From Candidatus Berkelbacteria bacterium RIFCSPLOWO2_01_FULL_50_28 (lineage in GTDB: Bacteria; Patescibacteriota; UBA1384; 2-12-FULL-50-11): a stretch of 64,000 bases of DNA. The position numbers and the translations under genes were made by a program. The stretch is from positions 559,062 through 623,061 of the forward strand of contig MEZX01000002.1 of the NCBI GenBank assembly GCA_001774395.1, in the 5' to 3' direction. The notes under the pieces are model-generated. The model did not search any database and was not told the DNA's origin. It saw nothing but the letters and a program-made list of their open reading frames with translations. Below are positions 1 through 12,996 of the stretch, piece by piece (positions within the stretch are counted from its first letter, which is position 1; each line of letters begins with the position of its first letter).

Positions 1-329
1 GTTTTTATCTCAATATCCACACCAGCCGGAAGATCGAGATTCATAAGCGCGTCGAGCGTTTTTGGGTTTGGGTCCAGAACATCAATGATGCGTTTGTGAA
101 TACGAATTTCAAACTGCTCACGAGCGTCCTTGTGGACGAAAGTTGAGCGGTTGACTGTGACCAACGACTTTTCTGTTGGCAACGGGATAGGACCGGCCAC
201 GACGGCACCGGTCCTTTCCGCTGTATCTATGATCTTTTTGGCACTACGATCAATGACTCGGTAGTCATAAGCCTTCAGCTTTATCCGAATGGATGTTTTT
301 GCTTGTTCGCGCTTGGTACTTGTTGCCAT
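1..329 (-). CDS. rpsJ: 30S ribosomal protein S10 (N-terminal ~109 codons; 3' end runs off the left window edge)
   Basis: Translating the reverse strand from the ATG at 329-327 gives [55 protein letters not shown]...VDIEIK. This is collinear with bacterial S10. Its position immediately downstream of tuf matches the str/S10 operon order. Confidence 0.85.
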   Translation of the reverse strand, partial: MATSTKREQAKTSIRIKLKAYDYRVIDRSAKKIIDTAERTGAVVAGPIPLPTEKSLVTVNRSTFVHKDAREQFEIRIHKRIIDVLDPNPKTLDALMNLDLPAGVDIEIK

Positions 330-352
330 TTAATCGTAAGGTGCAGATTCGA

Positions 353-1534
353 TTACTTAATTATTTTGGTGACGACACCGGCGCCGACGGTTTTGCCGCC
401 TTCGCGGATAGCGAAGCGTAGCTTCTCTTCCATGGCAATTGGCTGGATCAGTTTGATCTTGAAGGTGGTGGTGTCGCCTGGGACAACCATTTCCATACCT
501 TCCGGTAGTTCAACTTCACCTGTAACGTCTGTCGTTCGGAAGTAGAACTGCGGCTTGTAGCCTTTGGTGAACGGTGTGTGACGGCCGCCCTCTTCTTTTT
601 TGAGGATGTAGCACTCGGCTTCAAACTCGGTGTGCGGCGTCACAGAACCTGGTTTGCAGATAACTTGGCCGCGTTCGATGTCGGCGCGCTCTAAGCCACG
701 GACCAACAGTCCAATGTTGTCGCCAGCCTGGCCGGAGTCCAACATTTTGCGGAACATTTCAACGCCAGTGACGACGGTTTTCTTGGTGGCGTGTAAGCCA
801 ACAACTTCGACATCCTCACCAACCTTGACAGTTCCTCGCTCAACTCGGCCAGTTGCAACGGTGCCACGGCCTTTGATCGAGAAGACATCTTCAACTGGCA
901 TCAAGAAAGGTTTGTCGGTTTCGCGAACTGGGTCGGGAACGTAGGTGTCGAGAGCTTCAATCAAATCGTTGATCGATTTTTCGGCTTCGGGGTCACCTTC
1001 AAGTGCCTTAAGAGCAGACCCCTTAATAATCGGGGTGTCTTTACCTGGATAATCGTATTTATTCAAGAGATCACGAACCTCTTCTTCAACCAACTCAAGC
1101 AACTCCTTGTCGGTGACTTGGTCGCACTTGTTCAGATAGACTACGACATACGGCACACCAACCTGTTTGGCTAGCAAGATATGTTCGCGGGTCTGCGGCA
1201 TTGGGCCGTCTGGTGCGGACACAACCAAGATGGCGGCGTCCATCTGGGCGGCGCCGGTGATCATGTTCTTAACGTAGTCGGCGTGACCCGGACAATCGAC
1301 ATGAGCGTAATGACGCTTGTCGGACTCGTACTCGACGTGATAAGTCGCGATAGTAATACCGCGCTGTTTCTCTTCTGGGGCGTTATCGATCTGATCAACG
1401 GCCCGTTTCTCGGCCTTGCCCGACTTCGCGAGCACGTTGGTGATCGCGGCAGTCAAGGTAGTTTTACCATGATCGACGTGGCCAATTGTGCCAACGTTGA
1501 CGTGGAGTTTATTTCGTTCAAATTTTTCTGCCAT
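353..1534 (-). CDS. tuf: Elongation factor Tu
   Basis: 393-aa ORF with [18 protein letters not shown] and NKCD GTPase motifs, full-length EF-Tu, in the str operon context. Confidence 0.97.
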   Translation of the reverse strand: MAEKFERNKLHVNVGTIGHVDHGKTTLTAAITNVLAKSGKAEKRAVDQIDNAPEEKQRGITIATYHVEYESDKRHYAHVDCPGHADYVKNMITGAAQMDAAILVVSAPDGPMPQTREHILLAKQVGVPYVVVYLNKCDQVTDKELLELVEEEVRDLLNKYDYPGKDTPIIKGSALKALEGDPEAEKSINDLIEALDTYVPDPVRETDKPFLMPVEDVFSIKGRGTVATGRVERGTVKVGEDVEVVGLHATKKTVVTGVEMFRKMLDSGQAGDNIGLLVRGLERADIERGQVICKPGSVTPHTEFEAECYILKKEEGGRHTPFTKGYKPQFYFRTTDVTGEVELPEGMEMVVPGDTTTFKIKLIQPIAMEEKLRFAIREGGKTVGAGVVTKIIK

Positions 1535-1635
1535 TTTCTCTTTCTCCCTTTCCTTAACTTATTAGTAACTTTAATTGATTGTAACAAAAGACGAAGTCAA
1601 TTGTAACCTAATGGCCCCTCGAGCGTCAAGGGAGC

Positions 1636-1671
1636 GAATCGTAAGAGTCACGGGGTGACTTTTTTACTCTC
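1636..1671 (+). terminator. Hairpin gagtcac-gggg-gtgactc followed by TTTTTT (plus-strand orientation) in the tuf 5' leader region
   Basis: Perfect 6-7 bp stem with a 4-nt loop, followed by a T6 run, seen directly in the sequence. No plus-strand CDS ends here, so the target transcript is unknown. Confidence 0.35.
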
Positions 1672-1791
1672 AGATGTCGGACTCGAAATCTGGCCCCGGA
1701 AAGTCAAATAACTTAATTGATATATAACTTTATTGTTATAAGATGTCTGTAGCAACCGTCTCTATCAGAAGCAGAAACGAGATGAATTGGA

Positions 1792-1820
1792 TTGACTTTT
1801 TATTCGTTCAAGCCCATAAT
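1792..1820 (+). promoter_or_regulatory. Sigma70-like promoter TTGACT-17nt-CATAAT
   Basis: TTGACT at 1792-1797, a 17-nt spacer, and CATAAT at 1815-1820. AGGAGG follows about 20 nt downstream. Confidence 0.5.
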
Positions 1821-1851
1821 GACTCCAAATCTTAGGATTTTAGGAGGCGGT

Positions 1852-2004
1852 ATGAAAAAGTTTGCGTGCGGTTTGGCAACCGGGGCCGTTGTGGTTAGGT
1901 TAGCCCCCGAGCTTTCTATTGTGTGTGTGTTGATCTATTTGGCAATTACTCTTATGGAGATGAATCGCAGTCTGAGTAAGCCAGACGACACCAAGATTCA
2001 CTAA
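1852..2004 (+). CDS. Small hydrophobic peptide (50 aa; MKKFACGLATGAVVVRLAPELSIVCVLIYLAITLMEMNRSLSKPDDTKIH), antisense to the str operon
   Basis: Consensus SD taggaggcgg sits 6-7 nt before the ATG, with a good upstream promoter. The peptide has one predicted TM segment and a charged tail, and a T-rich hairpin follows at about 2023-2062. Confidence 0.45.
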   Translation: MKKFACGLATGAVVVRLAPELSIVCVLIYLAITLMEMNRSLSKPDDTKIH

Positions 2005-2108
2005 CGTTCAATGATTTCGCATCTGGCCAAAGCGCATCCGCGCCGAGGCCTTTTGCTTTTGTCTAGAAATATAGTGCAAAAGCGAGTGGTTTAGCGGTTT
2101 ACAATACT

Positions 2109-2267
2109 GAAAATTTGCCGATTCGCTCCGCGAACCTTCCGGAAGGGAGGCAAATTTTCACCACCCGCCTGGGGCGAGCGTGCGGGGTAGGGGTTGTAGG
2201 GGCCTAGGGGGTGCCTCGCAACTAACCCCCTGGCCCCTACAGAAATTGGTTCGAGGCCTTGGCCTGG
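2109..2267 (+). repeat. GC-rich repeat element copy A (inverted relative to copy B at 56786-56998)
   Basis: About 90% identity to the reverse complement of 56840-56998 over roughly 130 nt (gaaaatttgccgattcgctccgcgaaccttccggaagggaggcaaattttcaccacccgcctggggcgagcgtgcgggg...ctagggggtgcctcg). It contains the 12-bp palindrome ccttccggaagg, and its GC content is far above that of the flanks. Confidence 0.8.
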
Positions 2268-2290
2268 AAAATATATGGACTACTCCCCAC

Positions 2291-2314
2291 AAAGAAATGC
2301 GGCTCATAGCCGCA
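2291..2314 (-). terminator. Rho-independent terminator downstream of fusA
   Basis: On the minus strand: tgcggct-atg-agccgca hairpin followed by tttctttgt, 28 nt after the fusA stop. Confidence 0.6.
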
Positions 2315-2341
2315 CAAGCTTTCTGCGTTTGAAATACGATT

Positions 2342-4444
2342 TTATTCTTCTACAACAGCCTTCGCCGTAGGCGACTTGCCGATGATGCCTTCGGCGATGT
2401 TGCGCGGCACTTCTTCGTAGTGGTCAAATTCCATGGTGTAGGCGGCGCGACCTTGACTCATGCCGCGAAGTTCGGTGATATAGCCAAACATTTCGCTCAA
2501 AGGTACCTGAGCGTCAACCACCTTGGAGTTACCGCGAGTTTCAGACCCCTGCACTCGGCCGCGGCGACTATTCAAATCCCCTACCACCGAACCAAAGAAC
2601 TCGTCCGGCGAAGTCACTTCGACTTTCATAACTGGCTCGAGCAATACGGGACCCGCTTTTTTGACGCCATCGCGCATTGCCATCGCTCCTGCCACCTGGA
2701 AGGCAACATCGCTAGAGTCAACATCGTGATACGAACCATCAACAAGAGTTACCTTCAGATCTACCAGCGGATAACCGGCGATGACTCCCTTGGAGACAAC
2801 GTCTTTGATGCCTTTTTCAACCGAGGGAATGAACTCACGCGGAATCGTTCCACCAAATATTTTATTAACAAATTCGAAGCCGACGCCGCGTTCTTGCGGT
2901 TCGATCGTAATCCAAACATGACCGTACTGGCCGCGGCCGCCGGTCTGTTTGATGTACTTACCCTCTTGTTTGACAGCTTTTGTAATCGCTTCTTTGAACG
3001 CAACCTGCGGAGCGCCTTTGTCGGCCTCAACGTTGAATTCGCGTCGCATTCGATCGACGATAATGTCGAGATGAAGCTCGCCCATTCCCTCGATCAGCGT
3101 TTGATTGGATGTAGGGTCTTGGCTCAAGCGCAGAGTTGGGTCTTCAGCAGCCAAGCGCATTAAGGCTGCCCCCATTTTTTCTTGATCGGCTTTGGTCTTG
3201 GGCTCGATGGACATCTTAATAACAGGTTCGGGCGCGATAATGCGTTCTAAAATTATCGGCGATTTTTCGTCGCATAGAGTATCGCCAGTAGTAGTACTTT
3301 TTAGGCCAACGGCGGCAGCGATATCACCGGTGTAAACTTCGTTAACATCTTCGCGCGAGTTGGCGTGCAAGCGAACAATTCGGCCAACGCGTTCTTTCTC
3401 GCCTTTCGAACTATTCAAAATGTATGAGCCAGCCGTTAGTTTTCCGGCGTAAACGCGAAAGAAGGTTAAATTGCCAACAAACGGGTCGGTAGCAACTTTG
3501 AAAGCCAACGCCGTGAACGGCTCGTCGTCCGAGACAGCTCGCTCTAGCTCTTTTTCATGATCTTTAATGTCCGTGCCTTTGACGGCTTCAACGTCAAGCG
3601 GCGAAGGTAGGTAATCGACAACTGCATCAAGTAGCGGTTGAACGCCTTTATTTTTCAGAGCGGAACCGGCTAAGACTGGAAAAACTTTTACGTCGATGAC
3701 GGCTTTACGTAAAGCGGCTTTAAGCTCTGCTTCGGATAGCTTCGTGCCTTCAAAATATTTGTGCATCAGCGCGTCGTCGGTTTCAGCAATCTGCTCGATC
3801 AATTGGTGGCGATACTTTTCAACCTCATCCTTCATATCGGCTGGTACATCTTCGATAGTCGCTTCTTTGCCCAGGTCGTCGGATTTCCAAACAATAGCTT
3901 TGTTCTTAATTAAATCGACAACACCCACAAGATTTTCCTCCTCGCCAATCGGTAGCTGGAGAACTGCAACTTTAGCACCTAAACGATCCTGAATAGTTTT
4001 GATGACATACTTAAAGTCGGCGCCAATTCGATCGAGCTTATTAACAAAACAAATTCTGGGCACTTTATATTTATCGGCCTGACGCCAAACCGTTTCACTT
4101 TGTGCTTCCACTCCTGCAACACCGTCAAAAACCGTCACTGCGCCGTCCAAAACGCGCAAAGAGCGCTGAACTTCAATTGTAAAATCAATATGGCCCGGGG
4201 TATCGATAATGTTGATGTTGTGCTCTTTCCAAAAGGCGGTCGTGGCAGCAGCGGTAATGGTAATCCCCCGCTCTTGCTCCTGCTCCATCCAGTCCATAAC
4301 CGCGGCGCCTTCATGGACTTCGCCCATTTTGTAGGTTTTTCCGGTGTAGAAAAGAATCCGTTCAGAAACGGTCGTTTTACCGGCATCAATGTGGGCAATG
4401 ATCCCAATATTGCGAATTTTCTCTAAAGGATAGGTTCTAGCCAT
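2342..4444 (-). CDS. fusA: Elongation factor G
   Basis: 700-aa ORF with [17 protein letters not shown] and NKLD motifs and the domain IV/V regions, in the str operon order. Confidence 0.97.
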   Translation of the reverse strand: MARTYPLEKIRNIGIIAHIDAGKTTVSERILFYTGKTYKMGEVHEGAAVMDWMEQEQERGITITAAATTAFWKEHNINIIDTPGHIDFTIEVQRSLRVLDGAVTVFDGVAGVEAQSETVWRQADKYKVPRICFVNKLDRIGADFKYVIKTIQDRLGAKVAVLQLPIGEEENLVGVVDLIKNKAIVWKSDDLGKEATIEDVPADMKDEVEKYRHQLIEQIAETDDALMHKYFEGTKLSEAELKAALRKAVIDVKVFPVLAGSALKNKGVQPLLDAVVDYLPSPLDVEAVKGTDIKDHEKELERAVSDDEPFTALAFKVATDPFVGNLTFFRVYAGKLTAGSYILNSSKGEKERVGRIVRLHANSREDVNEVYTGDIAAAVGLKSTTTGDTLCDEKSPIILERIIAPEPVIKMSIEPKTKADQEKMGAALMRLAAEDPTLRLSQDPTSNQTLIEGMGELHLDIIVDRMRREFNVEADKGAPQVAFKEAITKAVKQEGKYIKQTGGRGQYGHVWITIEPQERGVGFEFVNKIFGGTIPREFIPSVEKGIKDVVSKGVIAGYPLVDLKVTLVDGSYHDVDSSDVAFQVAGAMAMRDGVKKAGPVLLEPVMKVEVTSPDEFFGSVVGDLNSRRGRVQGSETRGNSKVVDAQVPLSEMFGYITELRGMSQGRAAYTMEFDHYEEVPRNIAEGIIGKSPTAKAVVEE

Positions 4445-4664
4445 TGTCTTTTTCGACTTGTCTAATTCTTTTTAAAATCAAACTGGCAAACGCTTGCTGT
4501 CCGAACATAATTCCAACAATAATACCGCCCATGGTAGCAATGATCACTTCTTTAGAGTTGCCAAGCCAGACAAAAACAACCAGAAGAATAGCTAACGGAA
4601 TAAGCTTCAGCCAGTAAGAGCTCTTAACTTTAGCCAAAAAAATCGCTATCCGTTCCACGGTCAT
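4437..4664 (-). CDS. Small 2-TM membrane protein wedged between rpsG and fusA (about 75 aa from [13 protein letters not shown]...)
   Basis: The ORF fills the 221-bp rpsG-fusA gap on the same strand. Its ATG lies 1 nt after the rpsG stop and its last 8 nt overlap the fusA start. It has two hydrophobic helices. No recognisable family. Confidence 0.35.
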   Translation of the reverse strand: MTVERIAIFLAKVKSSYWLKLIPLAILLVVFVWLGNSKEVIIATMGGIIVGIMFGQQAFASLILKRIRQVEKDNG

Positions 4665-4665
4665 C

Positions 4666-5139
4666 TTAATACCGTGCGAAGTGGGCAAAGGCCCGGTTGG
4701 CTTCGGCCATCTTGTGCAAATCTTCGCGTTTTTTCATGACCGCACCGGTGCTGTCGAGAATGTTTTTCATCTCGTTATACAGGGCATCGGCCATTGGCTT
4801 ACCTTTTACCGCCCGCGCCGCCGCAAGTAACCACCGCATCACAAGGATAACTTTACGAGCCGGACGAACTTCCATCGGAACTTGATAATTCGCACCACCA
4901 ACACGACGAGAGCGTACCTCTAAAATTGGAGAGGCCTTTTCGACGATTTCCCGCAATAAAAATGGGACTTCAACCTTGCGCTCGGCTGCCAGTTTTTCCA
5001 ACGCGGCGTAAACAATTGTTTGAGCGGTTTCCTTTTTACCGCCGATCATCACCTTGTTTACCAGTTTCGAGAGCATCGGATCCTGATACTTTGGCTCTAG
5101 AGTAAAATGAGGCTTTTTGAAGCTAGAACGTCCTCTCAT
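4666..5139 (-). CDS. rpsG: 30S ribosomal protein S7
   Basis: 157 aa, collinear with S7 (…VGGANYQVPMEVRP…), in the str operon. Confidence 0.95.
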   Translation of the reverse strand: MRGRSSFKKPHFTLEPKYQDPMLSKLVNKVMIGGKKETAQTIVYAALEKLAAERKVEVPFLLREIVEKASPILEVRSRRVGGANYQVPMEVRPARKVILVMRWLLAAARAVKGKPMADALYNEMKNILDSTGAVMKKREDLHKMAEANRAFAHFARY

Positions 5140-5269
5140 CGGGTAACCTTTCGGTTAATCACCGAATCATCGAATAATCGAATCATCAAAAAATCTTCAA
5201 ACGATCTAAGGACGGATTTTGGTTGATTAGGTAATTTAATCATTTTTTGGTTATTTGGTGATTTGAATA

Positions 5270-5686
5270 TTATTTTGGTTTCTTTGCGCCGTACTTTGAG
5301 CGGCCCTGGTTACGATTCTCCACGCCCTCGGCGTTGAGCACCCCCCGAACGATATGGTACTTTACACCCGGTAAGTCTTTAACACGACCGCCGCGAATAA
5401 GAACCAGCGCGTGTTCTTGTAGATTATGTTTGATACCTGGAATATAGGCCGTAACTTCTTGGCCGCTCGTCAGACGGACCCGTGCAATTTTACGCAGAGC
5501 CGAGTTTGGCTTTTTCGGCGTCATGGTTGAAACCTTAATACAAACTCCTCGCATAAACGGCCGCCCCTTAACGAAAATTACTGGTCGGTTCTTCTGGCTG
5601 TTGAAGCCACGATGAAGCGCCGGCGCTTTACTCTTGGCGACAGTTCGCTTTCTCCCACTTTTTATCAACTGGCTAATCGTAGGCAT
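5270..5686 (-). CDS. rpsL: 30S ribosomal protein S12
   Basis: 138 aa, [24 protein letters not shown]…, with the S12 signature including the [10 protein letters not shown] region. Confidence 0.97.
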   Translation of the reverse strand: MPTISQLIKSGRKRTVAKSKAPALHRGFNSQKNRPVIFVKGRPFMRGVCIKVSTMTPKKPNSALRKIARVRLTSGQEVTAYIPGIKHNLQEHALVLIRGGRVKDLPGVKYHIVRGVLNAEGVENRNQGRSKYGAKKPK

Positions 5687-5761
5687 TTTAGGATGCCTCC
5701 GTCTTTCTATTTTTGCTATTTATCTTTTGGGGTAGAAACATGGTTGGCATAGAAGATAATT

Positions 5762-8700
5762 CTACTCCTTAGGATCCTTCAGTTCAACCGTAGGCGCCAC
5801 TTCTTCGACAGGTTCGACCTTAGCCTTAAACCCGGTCCCAGCAGGAATCAGTTTACCGATGATGACGTTTTCCTTTAGACCCTTAAGTGAATCCACCTGC
5901 CCTTGAATTGCAGCTTTGATCAAGACACTAGTTGTCTCTTGGAACGAGGCGGCCGACAGGAATGAGTTGGTATTCAAGGAGGCGCGAGTGATTCCGAGAA
6001 CGATCTGCTCGTATTCGATCGCTGTCCGTTTGTCGGTTTTGAGCTGTTCGTTTAGTCGTTGGGCTTCAAGCTTGTCGACAATCTGGCCGGCCAGCAATGT
6101 TGAATCGCCACCGTTTACAATTCTAACCTTACCGAACATTGCGCGAGCGATGATCTCAATATGCTTCTCGTTCACGGCGGCGCCGTGCGAGGCATAAATC
6201 ATTTGAACTTCTTTGATAATGTATTCGCGAGTTTTGTCCAAACCACGTAGCTTGAGTGATTGAGCCAGGTCAAGATGACCATCGGTTAAACGCTGCCCAA
6301 GCTTGACTACATCGTTATTTTTAACTATCACGCTCAGCTCTGCAGGTATGATATAGCTGGCAGTTACGGGTTCGTGGGCGACAATTGTGATATTTTTGCC
6401 GCTCAGACGTACCTTACCGGCGATGTTAACGCGGATTGCCTTTTTATCAACTGCTGTGGCCACAGCCTGTTTAGCCTTAACTGAATCGTTATTCTTTACC
6501 GCGAACTGATAGCCTTCTTCCAACTCGAACGATTCCTTTTGGATCTCGTCGGAAATGACGTCAACGTAGAGACGATCGCGCGTTTCGTGGATGGAGACGG
6601 TACCTTCAACCTCGGACACGATAGCTGGATTATGCGGCGGCCGAGCTTCGAAAATCTCCTCAACACGTGGCAAACCTGACGTGATATCGCCAACTGAGAC
6701 GCCTCCCATATGGAACGTTTTCATCGTCAGCTGGGTGCCTGGCTCACCAATTGCTTGAGCGGCCATAATACCAACAGCTGTGCCGATTTTTACAAGGTTT
6801 CCGGTGGCAAGATCGCGACCGTAGCACTTCTGACAAACACCGAGTTTGGCGGCGCAGTGTAAGTTAGAACGGACTTTCACTTCAGAAAGTTGGGCCTCAA
6901 CGATCTGGGCTGACTTCTCCTCATCAATCTCGGCACCGGCTTTAGCAATTACTTTACCGCCCTTTGCCTTAATCGTCTCGCCTGAAGTTTTGCCGAGCAA
7001 GCGCTCTTCGTAAGTCTCGCCGTACTGTTCGGATTCACTTTGTTTGACCGTCAGGAACGTCTTCGTGCCGCAGTCGTTCTCCGAAATCACCATGTCTTGG
7101 GCGACGTCCACTAATCTACGGGTTAGATAACCGGCATCGGCCGTTTTAAGCGAGGTGTCAGATTTACCCTTTCGCGAGCCGTGAGTAGAAATGAAGTATT
7201 CAAGCACCGAAAGTCCTTCTTTATAGTTATGGACGATAGGAACCTCAATAATTTCACCGGCCGGGTTAACAACCAAGCCTTTCATACCGGAGAGCTGGGT
7301 CATCTGGTTGGCCGAACCGCGAGCACCAGAAGAAACCATGGTCCAGATTGAATCAGATTCCTTCATACTCTTCATAACTTCGGCCTGAATTTTATTCCGG
7401 ACTTCCGTCCATTTCTCGATTGAAAGTTTGCGACGCTCAGGTTCAGATATAAGACCCTTTCGATAACGTTTTGTAATTTCGTCAATCGCTTCTTCGCCCT
7501 CTTTGATAAGCTGATTTTTTGTCGCAGGGACTTTGATATCGGAAATCGACATTGTCATACCCGATCTTTCAGCAAATTTGAAACCAAGCGCCATCAACTC
7601 GTCAGCGATACGCGATGTTTCTGGACCGCCGTACACCTTAAAGATGTTGCGAATAATTTTCTTCAGGGCTCTGGTGTCGAGCGACTCGTTAACGTAAGCA
7701 TGCCCCTTGGGAAAAATGGTATTGATCATTGCTCGGCCAACGGTGGTATCAATTCGCGCTCCGTCGCGACGAAGTTGAATTTTAGCTTGAGGATGAAGCT
7801 CACCTCGCTGATAAGAAAGTGTCACCTCATCGACGCCGGCAAATGCTTTGCCTTCACCCAGCACGCCCTCAGCTTCGTTCGTCAGATAGAACAAACCAAA
7901 AACGATATCGAGTCGCGGCGCTGGCAGCGGTTCGCCGGACGCTGGTTTAAGAAGGTTGTTGACTGAAAGCATTAGCTCCTCGGCTTCGTGACGGGCCTGA
8001 GCCGAAAGCGGCACGTGAACAGCCATTTGATCACCATCGAAGTCAGCGTTATAGGCAGCACAAACTAGCGGATGGAGCTGAATAGCCTTACCCTCGATCA
8101 GAATCGGGTGAAAAGCTTGAATTCCAAGACGGTGCAGTGTGGGAGCACGGTTCAGCAGGACGTGAGATCCTTTAGTAACCGCCTCAAGAATCTCCCATAC
8201 TTCTGGAGTTTGGCGGTCAATTAAACGTGAAGCATTCTTGACGTTATGAACGTAGCCTTCGCTTATCAGTTTCGAGATCACAAAAGGCTTGAATAGTTCG
8301 AGAGCCATTACCTTTGGCAGACCGCATTGATCGAGTTTTAAGTTTGGACCAACAACGATTACGGAACGACCGGAGTAATCAACACGCTTACCCAGCAAGT
8401 TCTGGCGGAAACGTCCTTGTTTGCCACGCAACATATCAGAAAGACTTCTGGGCTGACGTCCGGCGCCGACCGTTTGGCCTTTGCGAGCCGAGTTGTCGAT
8501 CAAAGCATCAACCGCTTCTTGCAACATCCGTTTCTCGTTGCGAACAATTACATCCGGCGCACCTTGGTTCATAAGCCGTTTCAAACGGTTATTACGATTC
8601 AAAACCCTGCGGTAGAGATCGTTAAGATCGCTTGAGGCAAACCTACCGCCATCGAGCTGCACCATCGGACGCAAGTCCGGTGGCAGGACAGGAAGCTTCA

Positions 8701-9550
8701 GAAGGATAAGCCACTCAGGCTTCACTCCAGCCAATTTCATATCGGTTAGAACGCGCAGACGCTTCATGAGCCGGCGATAGGTATTTGGTAAAACGGTGTT
8801 GGCGAGAGCCCGGATAGCTTTAATCTCGTCATCAAGATTTATCTTCTTTAATAGCTCTAGAACAGCCTCGGCGCCGATCGCTACTTTCAGGATATTACCA
8901 AAGCGCAGACTCAGCTCGTGGTATTTTCCTTCAGGGAGAACTAGCTTGGGAGCTAAGGAGGTAAGGTCGGACTTGGTTGATTTATAGTTAATTTCCAACT
9001 GCTCCAAACGTTCCGGTGAATCCTTCAATAATTCTTTAGCGGCTTTGTATTCTAGCTCCAGCTGGGCTAGTGCTTCAGATCGGAGCGTGTCGTCAACATG
9101 GGTAACGACGAAACTGGCGAAGTAAATCACTCTCTCTAAATCACTGACTGAGATATCGAGAACGGTGCCTAAAATATAAGGAACACCGCGGACGTACCAG
9201 ATGTGGGCAACCGGCACGGCCAATTCGATATGACCCATTCGTTCCCGGCGTACCGAGGCGCGAGTGACTTCCACGCCACATTTATCGCAGATGACGCCTT
9301 TGTAACGAATGCGCTTGTATTTGCCGCAGTAACACTCCCAATCTTTAGTGGGGCCAAAAATTCGCTCGTCGAACAAACCATCGCGCTCCGGCTTCTGGGT
9401 ACGGTAGTTGATAGTTTCCGGCTTCAGGACTTCGCCGTAGCTCCATCGATCCATATCTTCCGGACCAGCCACGCGCAATCTCAGCCCCTCAAAGTTCAAA
9501 AGATTAAACTCTGACTTTTCCACTTTTGTGTTTAGCTTTAGCTCTGGCAT
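5762..9550 (-). CDS. rpoC: DNA-directed RNA polymerase subunit beta'
   Basis: 1262 aa with the NADFDGD catalytic motif, zinc-binding cysteines, and trigger loop/bridge helix regions. It immediately follows rpoB. Confidence 0.97.
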   Translation of the reverse strand: MPELKLNTKVEKSEFNLLNFEGLRLRVAGPEDMDRWSYGEVLKPETINYRTQKPERDGLFDERIFGPTKDWECYCGKYKRIRYKGVICDKCGVEVTRASVRRERMGHIELAVPVAHIWYVRGVPYILGTVLDISVSDLERVIYFASFVVTHVDDTLRSEALAQLELEYKAAKELLKDSPERLEQLEINYKSTKSDLTSLAPKLVLPEGKYHELSLRFGNILKVAIGAEAVLELLKKINLDDEIKAIRALANTVLPNTYRRLMKRLRVLTDMKLAGVKPEWLILLKLPVLPPDLRPMVQLDGGRFASSDLNDLYRRVLNRNNRLKRLMNQGAPDVIVRNEKRMLQEAVDALIDNSARKGQTVGAGRQPRSLSDMLRGKQGRFRQNLLGKRVDYSGRSVIVVGPNLKLDQCGLPKVMALELFKPFVISKLISEGYVHNVKNASRLIDRQTPEVWEILEAVTKGSHVLLNRAPTLHRLGIQAFHPILIEGKAIQLHPLVCAAYNADFDGDQMAVHVPLSAQARHEAEELMLSVNNLLKPASGEPLPAPRLDIVFGLFYLTNEAEGVLGEGKAFAGVDEVTLSYQRGELHPQAKIQLRRDGARIDTTVGRAMINTIFPKGHAYVNESLDTRALKKIIRNIFKVYGGPETSRIADELMALGFKFAERSGMTMSISDIKVPATKNQLIKEGEEAIDEITKRYRKGLISEPERRKLSIEKWTEVRNKIQAEVMKSMKESDSIWTMVSSGARGSANQMTQLSGMKGLVVNPAGEIIEVPIVHNYKEGLSVLEYFISTHGSRKGKSDTSLKTADAGYLTRRLVDVAQDMVISENDCGTKTFLTVKQSESEQYGETYEERLLGKTSGETIKAKGGKVIAKAGAEIDEEKSAQIVEAQLSEVKVRSNLHCAAKLGVCQKCYGRDLATGNLVKIGTAVGIMAAQAIGEPGTQLTMKTFHMGGVSVGDITSGLPRVEEIFEARPPHNPAIVSEVEGTVSIHETRDRLYVDVISDEIQKESFELEEGYQFAVKNNDSVKAKQAVATAVDKKAIRVNIAGKVRLSGKNITIVAHEPVTASYIIPAELSVIVKNNDVVKLGQRLTDGHLDLAQSLKLRGLDKTREYIIKEVQMIYASHGAAVNEKHIEIIARAMFGKVRIVNGGDSTLLAGQIVDKLEAQRLNEQLKTDKRTAIEYEQIVLGITRASLNTNSFLSAASFQETTSVLIKAAIQGQVDSLKGLKENVIIGKLIPAGTGFKAKVEPVEEVAPTVELKDPKE

Positions 9551-12859
<3,309 letters not shown>

Positions 12860-12902
12860 TATAGCCTCCTTTATTGTTCGTTAATTCACTGACAGCAAAA
12901 CA

Positions 12903-12918
12903 CGCTCCATATGGAGCG
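12903..12918. promoter_or_regulatory. 16-bp perfect palindrome CGCTCCATATGGAGCG in the obg-rpoB spacer
   Basis: Perfect inverted repeat seen directly, 44 bp upstream of the rpoB start. It is an operator-like site or a small hairpin. Confidence 0.3.
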
Positions 12919-12996
12919 AATCATCGGCTGACGTTTGTCGCTTCGTTATTTTCACCTATGATCCCCAACTAACTTGGGGTAAATGTACAGTGTAAA

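Noticed and set aside
1600-1700. tRNA gene(s) upstream of tuf (as with thrU-tyrU-glyT-thrT-tufB in E. coli)
   Set aside because: There is a T-loop-like GGACTCGAAATC string, but no complete cloverleaf could be built on either strand.
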